From Marsupella aquatica (lineage: Eukaryota; Plantae; Marchantiophyta): DNA of 64,000 nucleotides. Location: assembly GCA_973895155.1 (NCBI GenBank), contig OZ316895.1, forward strand, positions 23,200,558 through 23,264,557. Direction: 5' to 3'. This document shows, in pieces, positions 12,491 to 27,188 of the stretch. Each line of letters begins with the position of its first letter. Within the stretch, counting starts at the first letter, position 1. The notes under the pieces were generated by a model, which made no database searches, was not told the DNA's origin, and worked only from the letters and a program-made list of their open reading frames with translations. Both the position numbers and the translations under genes were made by a program.

Positions 12491-14950
12491 TTTTGGAGAT
12501 TTCTGCTCTTCTAGTCAAGAGAGTTGTCAAGACCCGTGACTGGAAGACGTGCTTGCGGCTCAAGAATGTCGTTGCAGCTACCCAATTCATGAATTGGATA
12601 GGCCGGGTCTACGGGCATGATAAGTGATTCGTGGTAGCGACACTTTGAGAGCCTGTCATCGTCATCCGTTGAGCTCGCGAAATCCTCACATGGATGAATC
12701 ATTCCGGCCCTCATCAATCGTTGATTTCATTCCCTTCGGCTGTGACTTGGCTGATTAGAAAGACCGACCGAAACAATAGTAGCAGATCGATCCCATTTAC
12801 ATGATTACTACTGTTCGTTGCTGTGTGATCGATGGCGGCGCAAATTGTAATCATCAATGTTGTTTAGACCCTGATTACCAGCTGTGCAGAGATTCAGAGT
12901 CCATGTCTGTGATAAATCAGCTGTTCTCCGTGAGCTCACGATGTCCAAGAAAGCCTGAACTTTCATGTAGACCTGTCTGTAATAGATCGGCTCTCCTGTG
13001 ACTCGCGATTGGGAAGGGCAGCAAGGAGTTCATGGCACTAAACGTTACAATTGCTGCTGGACCATTTGGAATAGGAGTAGTACTAACTAAGCTTTGGTGA
13101 AAGAAAACAAAGGTGAGTCGAACGAAGGAAATTGTATTAATTAGGGGCCTCCCACGTTGTCCGGTTAGAATGGTGCACTAAATGCCATGGAATAGTTTCG
13201 CATTAGTTTGCAAGCCAGAGATTTTCTCCGTCTCTTGAACCAGATTATCGAGCTGCACGTTATAATACCGTTTCAGACTCTGCATTGTTTAACAAGGAGA
13301 TTACTTTGCGAGTTACTCTTCCTCAAAGTAACGTTACTCAATCCAAGAAACGTCACACAGAGTGATGGCCATTATCCACAGGCTTAATTGATAGGATTTC
13401 TATAATATACTAAAACAGCTCAATGAATCATAGATCGAACGAATCAGATATTCTTGCATGGAGATATATGGTTGGACTCGTCGACAGGTCATGGGTTCTT
13501 AGCTGGGGGCATCGAGGGAACCAGGTGTCGGTAACGTTGACATACTAAAGCTTCTCTTTCAATGATAACAATTTCAGCGACCTGAGATTGACCTGCCTAC
13601 GTACTGGAAACAAGGTAGCAATACATCAGGCATACTTCAGACTCTGATGCAACTCATAGAAAATCGGTGCTGCATAATTGGAGACAGAGCGACTGGATAT
13701 ACCGGTAAGCTAGCTGCTGGCACGTTACCCCCTCATGTTCGGGCTTTCTGAAAACCGGTTTGACAGAGGAGGAAACGTTCGAGAGCCATGACTATTCTGA
13801 ACTCCACGATGCTGATTGACATAGAGCTGGACCACGGACTCTACAGGCCAGTCGGAATTTGCGAGGAATGGGCGGTATCCTCAAGCGTTTGCGTCCAAGT
13901 TCCCTCCTAAATGACGTCGGTGCACTCATGACCTTCGCTAGCAGTCTATTATCCCATTCCAAATTGTGAAGTGCTTACTGCGGGTACGTGCATTGGATAG
14001 GAGAAGACAAATCCATGACCTGCGAAACAGGGGGCGAATTGCGGTACACTGTCGACTCGACTTTATCTAACATGTCAATTGCCTGACGGGGCCGGTCGGA
14101 ATTTGTAATAATAAAACTCCGCCGACTCACGTTGTCGAAGCCATGGAAGAGAAACGACGCCATGCAGTCGCGAGAATCTTTTAAATTATTTGCACCGGCG
14201 CTCTTCTTCTTGAAGGATGGAGCAGTGTTCATCAGATGGGTGTGAGAGATTGTGATTGATTGCCGCACGAATTTAGTGGCCCCCCATTTCGATCACCACA
14301 AAATAATCAGTCGCAGACTTCTTGGTCGTACTCCCGACCTAGTGTGCCAGAGGAAAAACAGTAGATCACATCCGGCGCTCCCGCAATTTACGCACGGGAG
14401 AGAATAGTGCGAACATTGTGTAGTGGACCACCGGAGCTCACACCACGAAAGAGAGTGAAGTGGTGGATCGATCCAAGAGGACCACAACCCAGGAAGAGAG
14501 GAAAGTAGGCTGGGCGATTGGCTGCGCGCTAAGTCATTCCTGGTCAGAGCGAGAGGAACTCGTACATATTAAAAATAGGGCCGTTGGCGGCGTAGTGGAG
14601 GTTTTTGATACACTGTTTGTCCCTACTCCTATTTAAGGTCGCAATTGTTTCGCCTTAGGGGTCTTCGTGTTGCTTTTGGCTGCACACACAGTCGCCCTGC
14701 TGTATGTCCTGACCAAGGGCGTAAGTCGTCTTTAGCAGGCCCATATCCAGGAGCTCGAGGCAACTAAATTTGGCGCCCATAAAATCGATCATGAAAAAAA
14801 TCGGGGGCTTTTACTGGGCCCGCCCGCCCAGCTCGGAGATCTCCAAATTTTTAGATTGTTGAACAGTCCAGTTTTGTAATCTGATTTGATTTGCCACTAT
14901 TTCTGGGGCTGAGTGCAGGCCTTTGGCTCTGATCGATGATCGACCTTTGT

Positions 14951-14957
14951 TATATAA
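14951..14957 (+). promoter_or_regulatory. Probable TATA box of the GH9 gene
   Basis: TATATAA ~220 bp upstream of the first ATG, preceded by TGGGCC site II-like motifs at ~14815. Confidence 0.5.
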
Positions 14958-15107
14958 CTGCAGCTCAGCGTCACACCTGACGAACTCCAGTCTTCCTTCA
15001 AGCCGTTCGCCGTGCATTGGGTTCTGGTTTTCCGGGACGCAGACCGCAATCCGAAGGGTCTTCAGTGAGAGAACGCAACGCATATCACAACTTCGATCGA
15101 GCCTTGA

Positions 15108-17696
<2,589 letters not shown>

Positions 17697-18726
17697 TTAT
17701 CCTCCACTGTCTCCTACTCTGGTAAGTGCTCTGTATTCCTGTCTTTGATCGAACATGAGTCTTTTATTTCTATTCTTGGGTCCAATCCTAGCTACTCTGT
17801 CATGACTCATTTATAAATAAGACTCATGCACTCCTGTGTTGTGTATGTTTGCGCCTTCCTTCCCATTCACAAAGTTGTGTACGTCCTCTTTGGCCAGTTC
17901 TTGTGGGAAACCTCACCACGCAAGTGTGACGTAAAACCTTTAGCCTCCGCCAAACAGATCCTGATGGATGCAAGTCTGGAATACTGTTCCCTCGATATTA
18001 TTTGCCTTCAATCCGCATAAGTTCTTGCTGTCTGATTCATGGTTGGGGAAAATCGGGGAAAATCAATTCTAGAGTCTAAATAAAGTCTATTCTGCAAAAT
18101 GGCCTGCACACCAGTGAATCATAGAGCCAACACCTGAAACAGAATTGACCCTCAATAAAAAACGCCACGAATTACCTCTGGAGTTCTCTTCAGTTTGAAT
18201 TCAAACTTCTCTTCGTAGACAGATGGGTCGTTTCTACTCTGTTGAGTCGGAAACAGAGTCCTCGCCTATGTGCTCATCCGTCGATCAGTCTATCTCAGAT
18301 GGCATATGAAGTCCAGTTTTGTAGAATTTTGTAGTTTCGGGAGTTGTGGGGGACCTGCCGAATCAGGGTAGCACCCCGTAATTCACATGCCTTCTCTCTT
18401 GATTGTCTCTGTCACGCTTGTCTTTGTCACGCTGAAGTTGAAGGTGGTACGGCAGTAATGCAAAAGACCCACCGATGTGGTGATAAGTGAACAGTACTCA
18501 AATCACGAGGCTTATTCTACAAACGCAATCTGTTTCTAAATTAGTACAGTGCATGCGCGAATTCTCGTCCACATCCCGCAGTTTCTTGAAGTTCCAAATT
18601 TTGAGTTCTCCTCACCTTGTCAGATCAGCGACGTCTTCAGGTTTTACTTTGCTAGCCTGCATCGAAAAGAATGGCCAATATCGTACTTGCAAGATTCTAA
18701 ACACTGGACGTTGTATGGAACTGCAG

Positions 18727-19041
18727 GTACTGGTTCTTATGAAGCAGCTCTTGTCCACGTTACACAACACTTCGTTGAGAGCGGGTGACGTTTACTTCTT
18801 CAAATACAAGGGCAAGTCTCTTAGCAATTATGGCAGTCACCGCACCTTTCAGGACTTCAGATTGGCCTTTGGATCTCTAGGAGGACTTGTCTACGGGCTT
18901 CGCCAAATCGGAAGCACCGGCAGTTTCACTGTCCCTGAATACCACTCATCTCTCTTGCCGGGAGAGTCTATAAGCTTCGTGTACGTGACCATTCACTTTA
19001 CGCCCACCCGTCATAACGATCGACCAGACAAACTTTGGTGA
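18727..19041 (+). pseudogene. Relic CBM49 (plant cellulose-binding module) exon of the GH9 gene, frameshifted
   Basis: Acceptor ctgcAG at 18725-26. Translation GTGSYEAALVHVTQHFVES, then a frameshift, then AGDVYFFKYKGKSLSNYGSHRTFQDFRLAFGSLGGLVYGLRQIGSTGSFTVPEYHSSLLPGESISFVYV. This resembles the GH9C CBM49 pattern V.I.Q....SW...G..Y.RY...L.L...L.G.IWGL...G..F.LP.W..SL..G.S..FVY. Confidence 0.75.
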
Positions 19042-20572
19042 ACACCTTACACCTTTGGACACAGGATGGTCTTCGGTGCCAATCAATCCTTGGCGTCACA
19101 GTGTCCGCTCTCGCAGTCAGGAAATTTTGTTGAATAGGGGCAATCGGAAGTCTTTTGCTACGGTTCTCTCGTTCCTTCGACCCACCGATTGAGTTCATTT
19201 AGGATCATGGATAGGATTCAGAAGCTGAGCTGAGGTATCTTTGCATACCGGCCGCTCGAATCACTATCCCGCCCCACTGCTATAAAATATATAGAGTACA
19301 ATGATAGACATAATTCAGCTGTCAAACTGGCGGGTTTTGCCTTTTGGTCAGCGCTCTTCAATTCTCCGTTGTCTATAATCGATCTCACGGCAGTCTCAAT
19401 GGGACGTTCATTCTAGAACACCAATGTGGCGATTAATTGAGTCCTATTCGGATTCTTCCTATCCTTGATCAATGCCTCTTGTCTATCGAATGTTTTTCAA
19501 TTTTATAATCTACTAACTGCTAAAAGACCTCGCCAAAAGTCCCGTCTATCTAACTTTTTTTCAATTTCTCGGCTCGTGTAACGTCTCGTGGCGACAAAAT
19601 CGTATCAAATCTCCAAATTTCTGAAACGATTCTGCTCTTCAAAATGGTTGAATTCCACTTTTGCCGAAGTCCAATCAATGATAAACCCATTACAGAAACA
19701 CGTAAAGACGAAACAATCGAAGTGTGTAAAGAGGATTGTACCAAGCGACCACGAACACCCTGTAAATTCGTTTGAATTGTGTCCCTGTATCTGTAAGCAG
19801 GGAGGAAAGCGGCGTGACTCTAGGGAGATCTGTGCACATTTGTCACTACTTCTTTGAAAAGATAATCTAGACCAGTTGTGATGGAAGACAAAGATGACAG
19901 CATGGTTGACAATGTGGAGTTATTAAAAAGTTCTTAGAGATTTCGCCTTTTCGTTAATCACATATGACTCAAACTTCTACAGTGAACTTCCTGTATGCAC
20001 TCTACTATACTCACTGCCGCTCGTGTCTGACAAGCCATAAGATTATTTACACTTATGAATGTCAAATGACTTGGCAATGGGCGATTGCGGCACATGTGAC
20101 TTCTATTCAGATTCCAATTGTAAAGTTGAGTACTTGATAAATCAAGAGAGGAAGCTTGGCCAAGTTTTGTCAGTATTGGTAAAGACTTTTAATGAGGTGG
20201 AATTTGGCAAATTTTTGCCACGAAAGAAACCCGGGACCACAGCACCCCCTGTCTCGAGGGACTGGGAGTATCTGTACACCCAGATCAACCCTCGATGGAA
20301 CCTTGCCCCAAAGTGCCCTCACTAACAAGCACTAAGTGAGCTTCTGGCATGACAAGCAGCACTTCTCAGTTTCACAAATCTGCCATAGTGGTAAATTGGT
20401 CCAAAGTGGTGAATTGTTTTAAGTAAGTGGAGTCTAGCAAATTTTTGCCACTAATGAAAAGCTGGACCACTCCACTGAAAAAGGGATGGGGAGTATATGT
20501 AATGCGTTAATGTTGGCCTGGAGTCTGACGAACTAAAGAGAGTCTGCTATTTGGTTTCGTGTCTGTGTGCAG

Positions 20573-21728
20573 ATTTTATACTCCACACATGTCGTCTTTC
20601 GAAATTAACGTGCTCGGCCACCCCGTCGGGCCACAATCTGTTCGTATCTCAGTCCCTACTTTCAGTTCTAGATATAGTCCCCAGCTGTCTTTGCGTATAG
20701 CCGAAATGTTTCATTTTCCAACCTCTTTCTCCTCAAGTGTTAACGAAATACATGAAACTATCTTCCCAGGATCCGAATTCAGAACATCGGACAACCGTGT
20801 GGGATTGTTCCCTGGTTTTGTGCAAAATTCATTGTATGTGATGGCTCTTACTGCAATGCTAAAGTTTGTAGCGAGTTGCAATTTATGGTTTGTGGGTCGA
20901 AGATATGTGTTGGCTATGTTGTCCATAGCATTGGTCAGGAAATTCATTCAATCGTGACTGTCGCACTAGCTTCAGAATTTTGCTGCAGTTGGGACAAATG
21001 ATCCTTTATGTGGAACCTGTCGAGTTGCACGATACCCGTCATCACTTGAAAATTGAGTATCTAGACTCTCTACATAATTTGAGCAGTTTTGCTTAGTAGC
21101 ATCGTGCTTACATTCGCTCATTGAACAGGAACGGAGCTGTAGAAAGGGAGAGTTCAGCCGAGCGAAGATGAGCGGGAAACGAGTGATTGATCTTGGTGCT
21201 GGATGTGGGCTCGCCGGCATCGGTGAGTATTTTGATATTTACATCCTTGCCAAAGTGCATTTCCTCCATGATTGAACGAGTGGACAAGCCGTAACATGTA
21301 AGAGATACTGAATGCCGTCAGCCTGGAATTTGTTATCTTGAATAGCTGAATTTCCAATATTCATTAATTAGTCAGGTGGTTAGCAAGACTGCATGGAAGC
21401 GTAAATAGCCGGACTGGAAGAGTTGATTATTCTTCTTTTTACTTTTTGTTGTGATATAGTCTAGACAGCATTACTAGTATGGTAGGACCTACAATCATTA
21501 GTGCTGGCCTTTCTGAGAATGGTGGTAAGAGCGGTTATTAGGAATTGCGCTCGCCATCTCCAATGTCGTGTTATAGCAGAGAACTATTTAAGAAGTATAA
21601 AGCTCATTTCCAGGCTATTCTTTTCAGGTTGAATCGGTAATGTGGAGATTGCTGAGCTGGACTGGGGGAATGACGACCACATAGCTGCATTTGACCAACC
21701 ATTTGAAAAGATTTTAGGCACAGACGTG
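20573..21728 (+). pseudogene. METTL21A-like (family 16 / EFM-type) protein-lysine methyltransferase pseudogene
   Basis: Exon-like blocks with splice signals: 20573-~20640 (FYTPHMSSFEINVLGHP), 20770-20833 (DPNSEH-RTTVWDCSLVLCK, 64 nt with an extra A), 21129-21222 (KMSGKRVIDLGAGCGLAGI, SAM motif I) and 21628-21728 (G*IGNVEIAELDWGNDDHIAAFDQPFEKILGTDV, in-frame TGA at 21630). The TD motif exon and C-terminal exons were not found. Confidence 0.85.
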
Positions 21729-23853
21729 GTGAGTTCTCTACCAGAGTATTCTGCTAGAAAAACTGTACTGATGTTTTAAAATTTTGGAGGAGAATGTCTA
21801 GATGTACAACACCGTTGACATAGATAGAAACACGCAGTATAATCAGTCATTTCCCCTGTATATCGCGTCAGGCTTCAATAGGTACTGGTTGTCAAAGTAG
21901 GACTTTGTAGGTAATTCAGTTTGTAGCTTAGGTGTTAATCTATTTTCTCCCTGGGAAGTTCTTTTGCAGAAATGATGAGTCCCTGTGCTTGTCTCGTCTG
22001 TTTTACCAATATTGATTGAATCTCATCCCACACGGACTTTTTTGGAGAGGCATAAAAAAGCACCCAATTTAATTACATAGTAACCAACTCCGAATTGTAC
22101 GTAAATCGAGTTCGAGTCAATGTGATATATTTGCAGTGAATTGATGCAGGAGTTTAGATTAGCAAACATGCCAGAGAAACAATAGCCTGCGCTCCCACCT
22201 CCATCTCTTCTCCTGTTTCTCTCAACTCTTCGAAATCTACTTCAAAGGGTTTTGTATAAGCTCATGACCAGGCGAACAACTTATTCGGTGTGCAGATGCA
22301 CTAGAGGGATGCCGATCCTAACCCAGGACCCCAGGTCTCTCTATCCGGAGTGGACATACCAAGTGTACCCATAGTAAGTAACTCGACCTACCAAGTGTAC
22401 CCGTAGCATAGTAACTTGGCCCAGCAAGTGCGCCCCTAGTAAAGTAACTTCACCCAGACGTTGAATTTAGCCACAGCGAAAACAGAGAACTTTGCTTGTC
22501 TGTTGCAAAGTGAGGACATCAACTTCCAAAGCAGCCTTGTCCATGTTCCTGGTAGTAACGTGATGTTCACCTGTTTAACTCAACTTACAAATATGTTCCA
22601 GAAGTTGAGGTGAATGCCTTGGAAAAACAGAAAGCCGCAATTGGATCACAGTTATTGCCTCAATTTCCTGAAATAGCTCAGCTTACAAGGTAGCCAGTCT
22701 GAAATACCCCTTATCGAACAGGTGTCATCGACAAACTGTCCACTCTTACTTTGCCGAAGACATGGCGAAAAATCAATTCTGTATGATACATGTCGATATA
22801 AAATTCTGCATGATGCACCTTGTGTAAATGCTTTCATTGGCGGCCCAGCTTGAAATTTTCATCAAATCGAAACCGAGAAAGCCCTATCATAAACGTAACC
22901 TGACATGCTTGTGTCTATTAGAATTAAATTGAGTTCAACTCCATCATCTCGTAGAAGATACGTTTCCATAGAGTTCAAGCCACACACACGGGTATCATGC
23001 AAACAAGATTAGTGCATCAATCTGTAATGAAACAAAGCTTATGAACTTCAGAGAGCTCAACACGAACTACATCTCAGTCCCGAAGGAGGAACATCCATCT
23101 CCATCTCCACAGCTCCATCCAATCATTTTACTTCCTTGCTTCATTCTACTTAGTTGATGTCTTATGATTTTTTCATTGCTTAAACGAACCTGCAATGCCC
23201 TGCAAATAATCACATACTGGAGGAGCATCGACAAATTCTCGAGTGGGAGAAAAACAAATATCAATGAGATGTCAGAGTCTATTTAGCTCTTTTCAGGTGA
23301 AAGGTCATGGAAGTAGGTGGGGACGACCTTGAGCTAGTCTCGAGGTCCTGTGCAGTAAGAGCAACAAATGACAGCATGGATCAAATTTGACGACCTTGAG
23401 CTAGTCTCTAGGTTCCCTCTGGACTGCTGTAAGGTCAACGAATGAGAGCATGGATCAAATTTGATGACAGACCGGTAGTCCAAATTTTGACCAATTGAAG
23501 AGGGCAAAATGAAACATGCTGACACAAACATGAGACACGCCTCATCTTTTTAAAGAGAATATCAAAGACCCGACATTGACTGTAAATTTTGGCAAGCACT
23601 GAAAACTGGAAACGGCCTGTAAACGCAGTACAATGATCTCGTGCATTCGCAACCACTACGTCCGAAAGTTCAGAAAACGACCTAGCCAACTCTCCATCGC
23701 GTACAATATTACAGCTATAAAAGAATACAGTAAGAATCCTGAAAAGCTTGTAGGTCAACTGAGCAACAGCAACTGGAAGAAATTGGCGGTTCCCGTCATT
23801 GTTTACTCAAATTGAACACTTGAAAAATGCAGAAAGCTGTGTGGCGGAGTGTA

Positions 23854-24618
23854 TTATTGAGGCGCTTGTCCTGCTTCCTCCTCCAGCTTGGCAACATACG
23901 CCTTCAGGGTGAAGACCAGCTCACGACCTGGTCCTTGTAGAGTCCCGACAAGATTTGATGCAGGACCTTGGAGACCACCAAGAAGCTTGGAGAATAGCTC
24001 TGCTCGGGTGGGCATCGACTCTAACTCCTTGAAATCCTCGGGCGCGTAGAACTTCCCCTCAAACACTGCCCCGGTAAAATCTGTCTCCAACTTGAACTCC
24101 TTTTGCAAATCCCTGTAGGGCTTGATAGCAGCTGGAATCTCCTCCGAATGCACGAACAACCAAGCATTCATGCCCTTCAATGCCGGCTTCAGTGCCTCCC
24201 ACTTCGTACCTTCGATGGCCTTGCCAATGAGCTTGTTCTTCGCCACGATAAGAGTCGAAGTTTCAGGCAGAGATTTCCTAAATGTCTGGAATTGCTTCAC
24301 TGTGAGGCCGCTATACTTGATTCCGGCTACAAGTTGCGCTCCTTCCAGCTGCTGCCTCGCTTTCTCGACCGTGGCCTCCTTCTTCTCCCGGCTCAGCGCA
24401 GCCTCGACAGCCATAGACTCGAGACCGGTGGTCTTCGATTTCCGAGGCATTGAGATGACGCAGCCATTTTTGGTTCCTAGGAAGGTCGATCTCAAGCTCA
24501 AACTGGTCCTCTCCTCTCCTCGTCCCGTGCGTGAGGAGGGTGACGAGCTGACTCCATTGGGGCTGCTGCACGACGACGACGCGCAAACTAGTGCCTGCGC
24601 TGCTGCTGCCATAGCCAT
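23854..24618 (-). CDS. RPL10: 50S ribosomal protein L10, chloroplast precursor, 254 aa, single exon
   Basis: Ser/Ala-rich transit peptide, then ALSREKKEATVEK, YSGLTVKQFQTFRKSLP, VAKNKLIGKAIEGT, LKGMNAWLFVHSEEIP and LESMPTRAEL, typical of plastid uL10. Confidence 0.95.
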   Translation of the reverse strand: MAMAAAAQALVCASSSCSSPNGVSSSPSSRTGRGEERTSLSLRSTFLGTKNGCVISMPRKSKTTGLESMAVEAALSREKKEATVEKARQQLEGAQLVAGIKYSGLTVKQFQTFRKSLPETSTLIVAKNKLIGKAIEGTKWEALKPALKGMNAWLFVHSEEIPAAIKPYRDLQKEFKLETDFTGAVFEGKFYAPEDFKELESMPTRAELFSKLLGGLQGPASNLVGTLQGPGRELVFTLKAYVAKLEEEAGQAPQ

Positions 24619-24781
24619 GCTCTCAATTCCTTCTCCAAATCTGCTTTCGCTTCAAAGGGTTTACGTTCTTGTATTGTGTTTGGGTTTGAGCAGATAAGGC
24701 ATTTTGTAGGTTACACGACGTTACACCCACCTTACACCCACATCCCAGCATACACTCGGGCATTTTGCTGGTTACACAACC

Positions 24782-24915
24782 TTACATGCACGTTACACCC
24801 ATATCCCAGCATACAGTCGGCTCTGCCTAAGAGCCAACTGTACCCTGGGATATGGGTGTAACGTGCATGTAACCAACAAAGGGTCTATGACTCGCATGTC
24901 ATAGACCCTTTGTTG
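24782..24915. repeat. Two adjacent inverted repeats (hairpins) upstream of RPL10
   Basis: 24782-24872: 43-bp arms, 3 mismatches, 5-nt loop. 24874-24915: perfect 18-bp arms (caacaaagggtctatgac) with a 6-nt loop. Confidence 0.9.
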
Positions 24916-25225
24916 TTGCCGCTCCTCAAAATTACCCATGTCATGGAGACCCAAGGGCAAAGGCCGGAAACTTTTCAGGACCTCATGACCCAAGGTCAAA
25001 TGCTAGAAACTTTTATGCCCTTGAGGTTGTCAACTCGCATATGATAGACCCTTTGTTTTGTGGCCCTCAAGAAAACTCATGTCATTGAGACTCAAGGGCA
25101 AAGGCCCGAGACGTTTCACTACCTCAAGACCGCCAACTCGTTGTGATGGACCCTTTGTTTTGCAGCCCTCAAGATAACTCATGTCATGGAGACCCAAGGG
25201 CAAAGGCTGGAAACTTTTCGGCCAG
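24890..25225. repeat. Three degenerate ~100-145 bp tandem units
   Basis: actcg...gaccctttgtt...catgtcat(g/t)gagac(c/t)caagggcaaaggc recurs at ~24890, ~25034 and ~25136. Confidence 0.8.
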
Positions 25226-25767
25226 TGAGGTCCCAAACTCTGCCAAACACAAAAACAATGCACACCTGTTGTCAATTGTGCCCATCTTGGGAAGCAGGGA
25301 AGCAGAAGATACTCTTATCAAATGAGATATGCTATTTCCCGTATCAAATAAGATTTGCTATTTCCCATATTAAATGAGATTTGCTATTTCCTGACAGTTT
25401 CAAGATGTGCTGAGGGCCGAATTGTTGAGGGCTTCTACATGCCAGTTAGCTCTAAGTGCACATTCCTGGATCCAAGGTCACTAAGCTAAATTCATCTAAT
25501 TACCCAGACCTTTAGGTCATACCACTGTAGATTAATTTCACCATGAGGTAGTTTTCGTTTTTGGAAGTAACTTCTGTTTGCAAGCACATATACCTCCCAA
25601 CTTATGCCCATCTTTATTCCCCATTATGGGCAGGATAGGACCACTTATATAGACATTACCAACCCAATCCTCGTGAGTTGCGCACTCCTGTAATAGCAAC
25701 TGATGTTGAGCATGAATGTTATCAAGCATAAGTGAGACTGCCAGAGAGTCTGAACAATTTTGGGAGT

Positions 25768-26022
25768 CAACTGGATTTCAAGGGCCGTGTAATGTGTAGA
25801 GAGAGTGACCAACTGGATTCCAAGGGGCGTGCGATGTGTAGAGAGGGTGACCAACTGGATTTCAAGGGCATGCAATGTGTAGAGAGAGTGACCAACTGGA
25901 TTTCAAGGGGCATGCAATGTGTAGAAAGAGTGACCAACTGGATTTCCAGGGGCGTGCAATGTGTAGAGAGAGTGACCAACTGGATTTGAAGGCGTGCGTG
26001 TGCAATGTGTAGAGAGAGTGAC
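25768..26022. repeat. Minisatellite, 42-bp unit, ~6 copies
   Basis: caactggatttcaaggggcgtgcaatgtgtagagagagtgac at 25768, 25810, 25852, 25893, 25935 and 25977. Confidence 0.95.
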
Positions 26023-27188
26023 CCCATGGGCACAAGAAAGACACAATAGCACTTTTAGGCCCATAATGAGTAAGACAAAGGATCATCATAATCAACCAGC
26101 CAGCCAAGGGCTTTCTACCAGAGTGACAGGTCACAAGCGGGCAATGAGAGAAAAAGAGAGATGGAATATCTGAGCTTTTAGATTAGATATACTCTCCAAG
26201 TTGCAAGTCCAGGGCTGCTCAAGAGGATTGACTGAAAGAGTTCGAAGTTGCTTCCGAGGGTGGAGAACGAATCAGGTTTGCGCTCCTTGAGGAGAATCTT
26301 CTCTGGTGAATTAATTTAGAGTATTTGTGCACAAGAGAGGGCTCGAGTAATTTTGTGCGCCAAATGGCTCCCTCTCAAAAACCACTTTGGCTTTGAAAAA
26401 TGGCTTTGAAAAGTGAGATCTGAATTCTGCGCCTAGAAGCGTTATGGGAGTGCATTGTAAGACTCGATATTTGAGAGATTGCCGTCTGCAACTTGAAATA
26501 CTCAAATATGAATTGCATGTAAAATGCCTACTTTCAACTACAACCATTTGCAAATTTTGACAGTCTGCAGTTCAATAAATGACGTACACAGTTTAACATC
26601 TCAGGCCTTGACTCACGTCTCCGAGAACCCACGTCTTCTCTAATAGACAAGCATTGGGCCGGTTGACCGAAAAACTTAAACTGAATGTTCAGAGCTATTA
26701 TTCAATACAAAATGATTGCAGCAGTCTTCTGATATTCACGTGGCCGTAGTTTTGGAAATTCAAGAACTCTTTTCCTGCACGACCAAAACACTGGATTAAT
26801 CAGCCTCTACTGTAGGTTGCAACCATGGCGGCTTTGAACTAACGCGCCTACTCTACTAAGAAAAGGTTAGAAAGCTTTCAATGGCAACGCAACAGTCTTA
26901 CCAGTCATTCCCAGCTAATGTCACAAGCAGAAACCGAAGGAGAGAACTACGATACAGAATATTTCTAAGGCTACAGATGCAACTGATGAACTACAACCGT
27001 ACGTTATATTTTGCCATCAAGTTCGCTTTTACAAAGCAAAACACTAAACCATCCTTTCAGTGGAATTGATTTCCACCTCTACAAAGGCATGCTGGCTAGG
27101 CTGCCAGGTGACTTACCTGCAAGAAACTGCTTCTCTCCACCTTTGGAGTATTAATTCGAGCTTAGTTGGGATACTTTTAACGGATATT

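Noticed and set aside
18487-18726. The 184-aa ORF at 18487-19041 as an independent gene
   Set aside because: GTG start. The 5' part lies upstream of the splice acceptor and looks intronic; only the 3' part resembles CBM49.
24103-24697. Antisense and overlapping ORFs on RPL10 (similarly on GH9, the transposase and OSCA exons)
   Set aside because: Shadow frames of real coding sequence with no independent motifs.
25732-26134. ORFs with periodic CVERVTNWISRG / LEIQLVTLSTH peptides
   Set aside because: By-products of the 42-bp minisatellite. Frames are broken by 41-bp units and there is no gene context.
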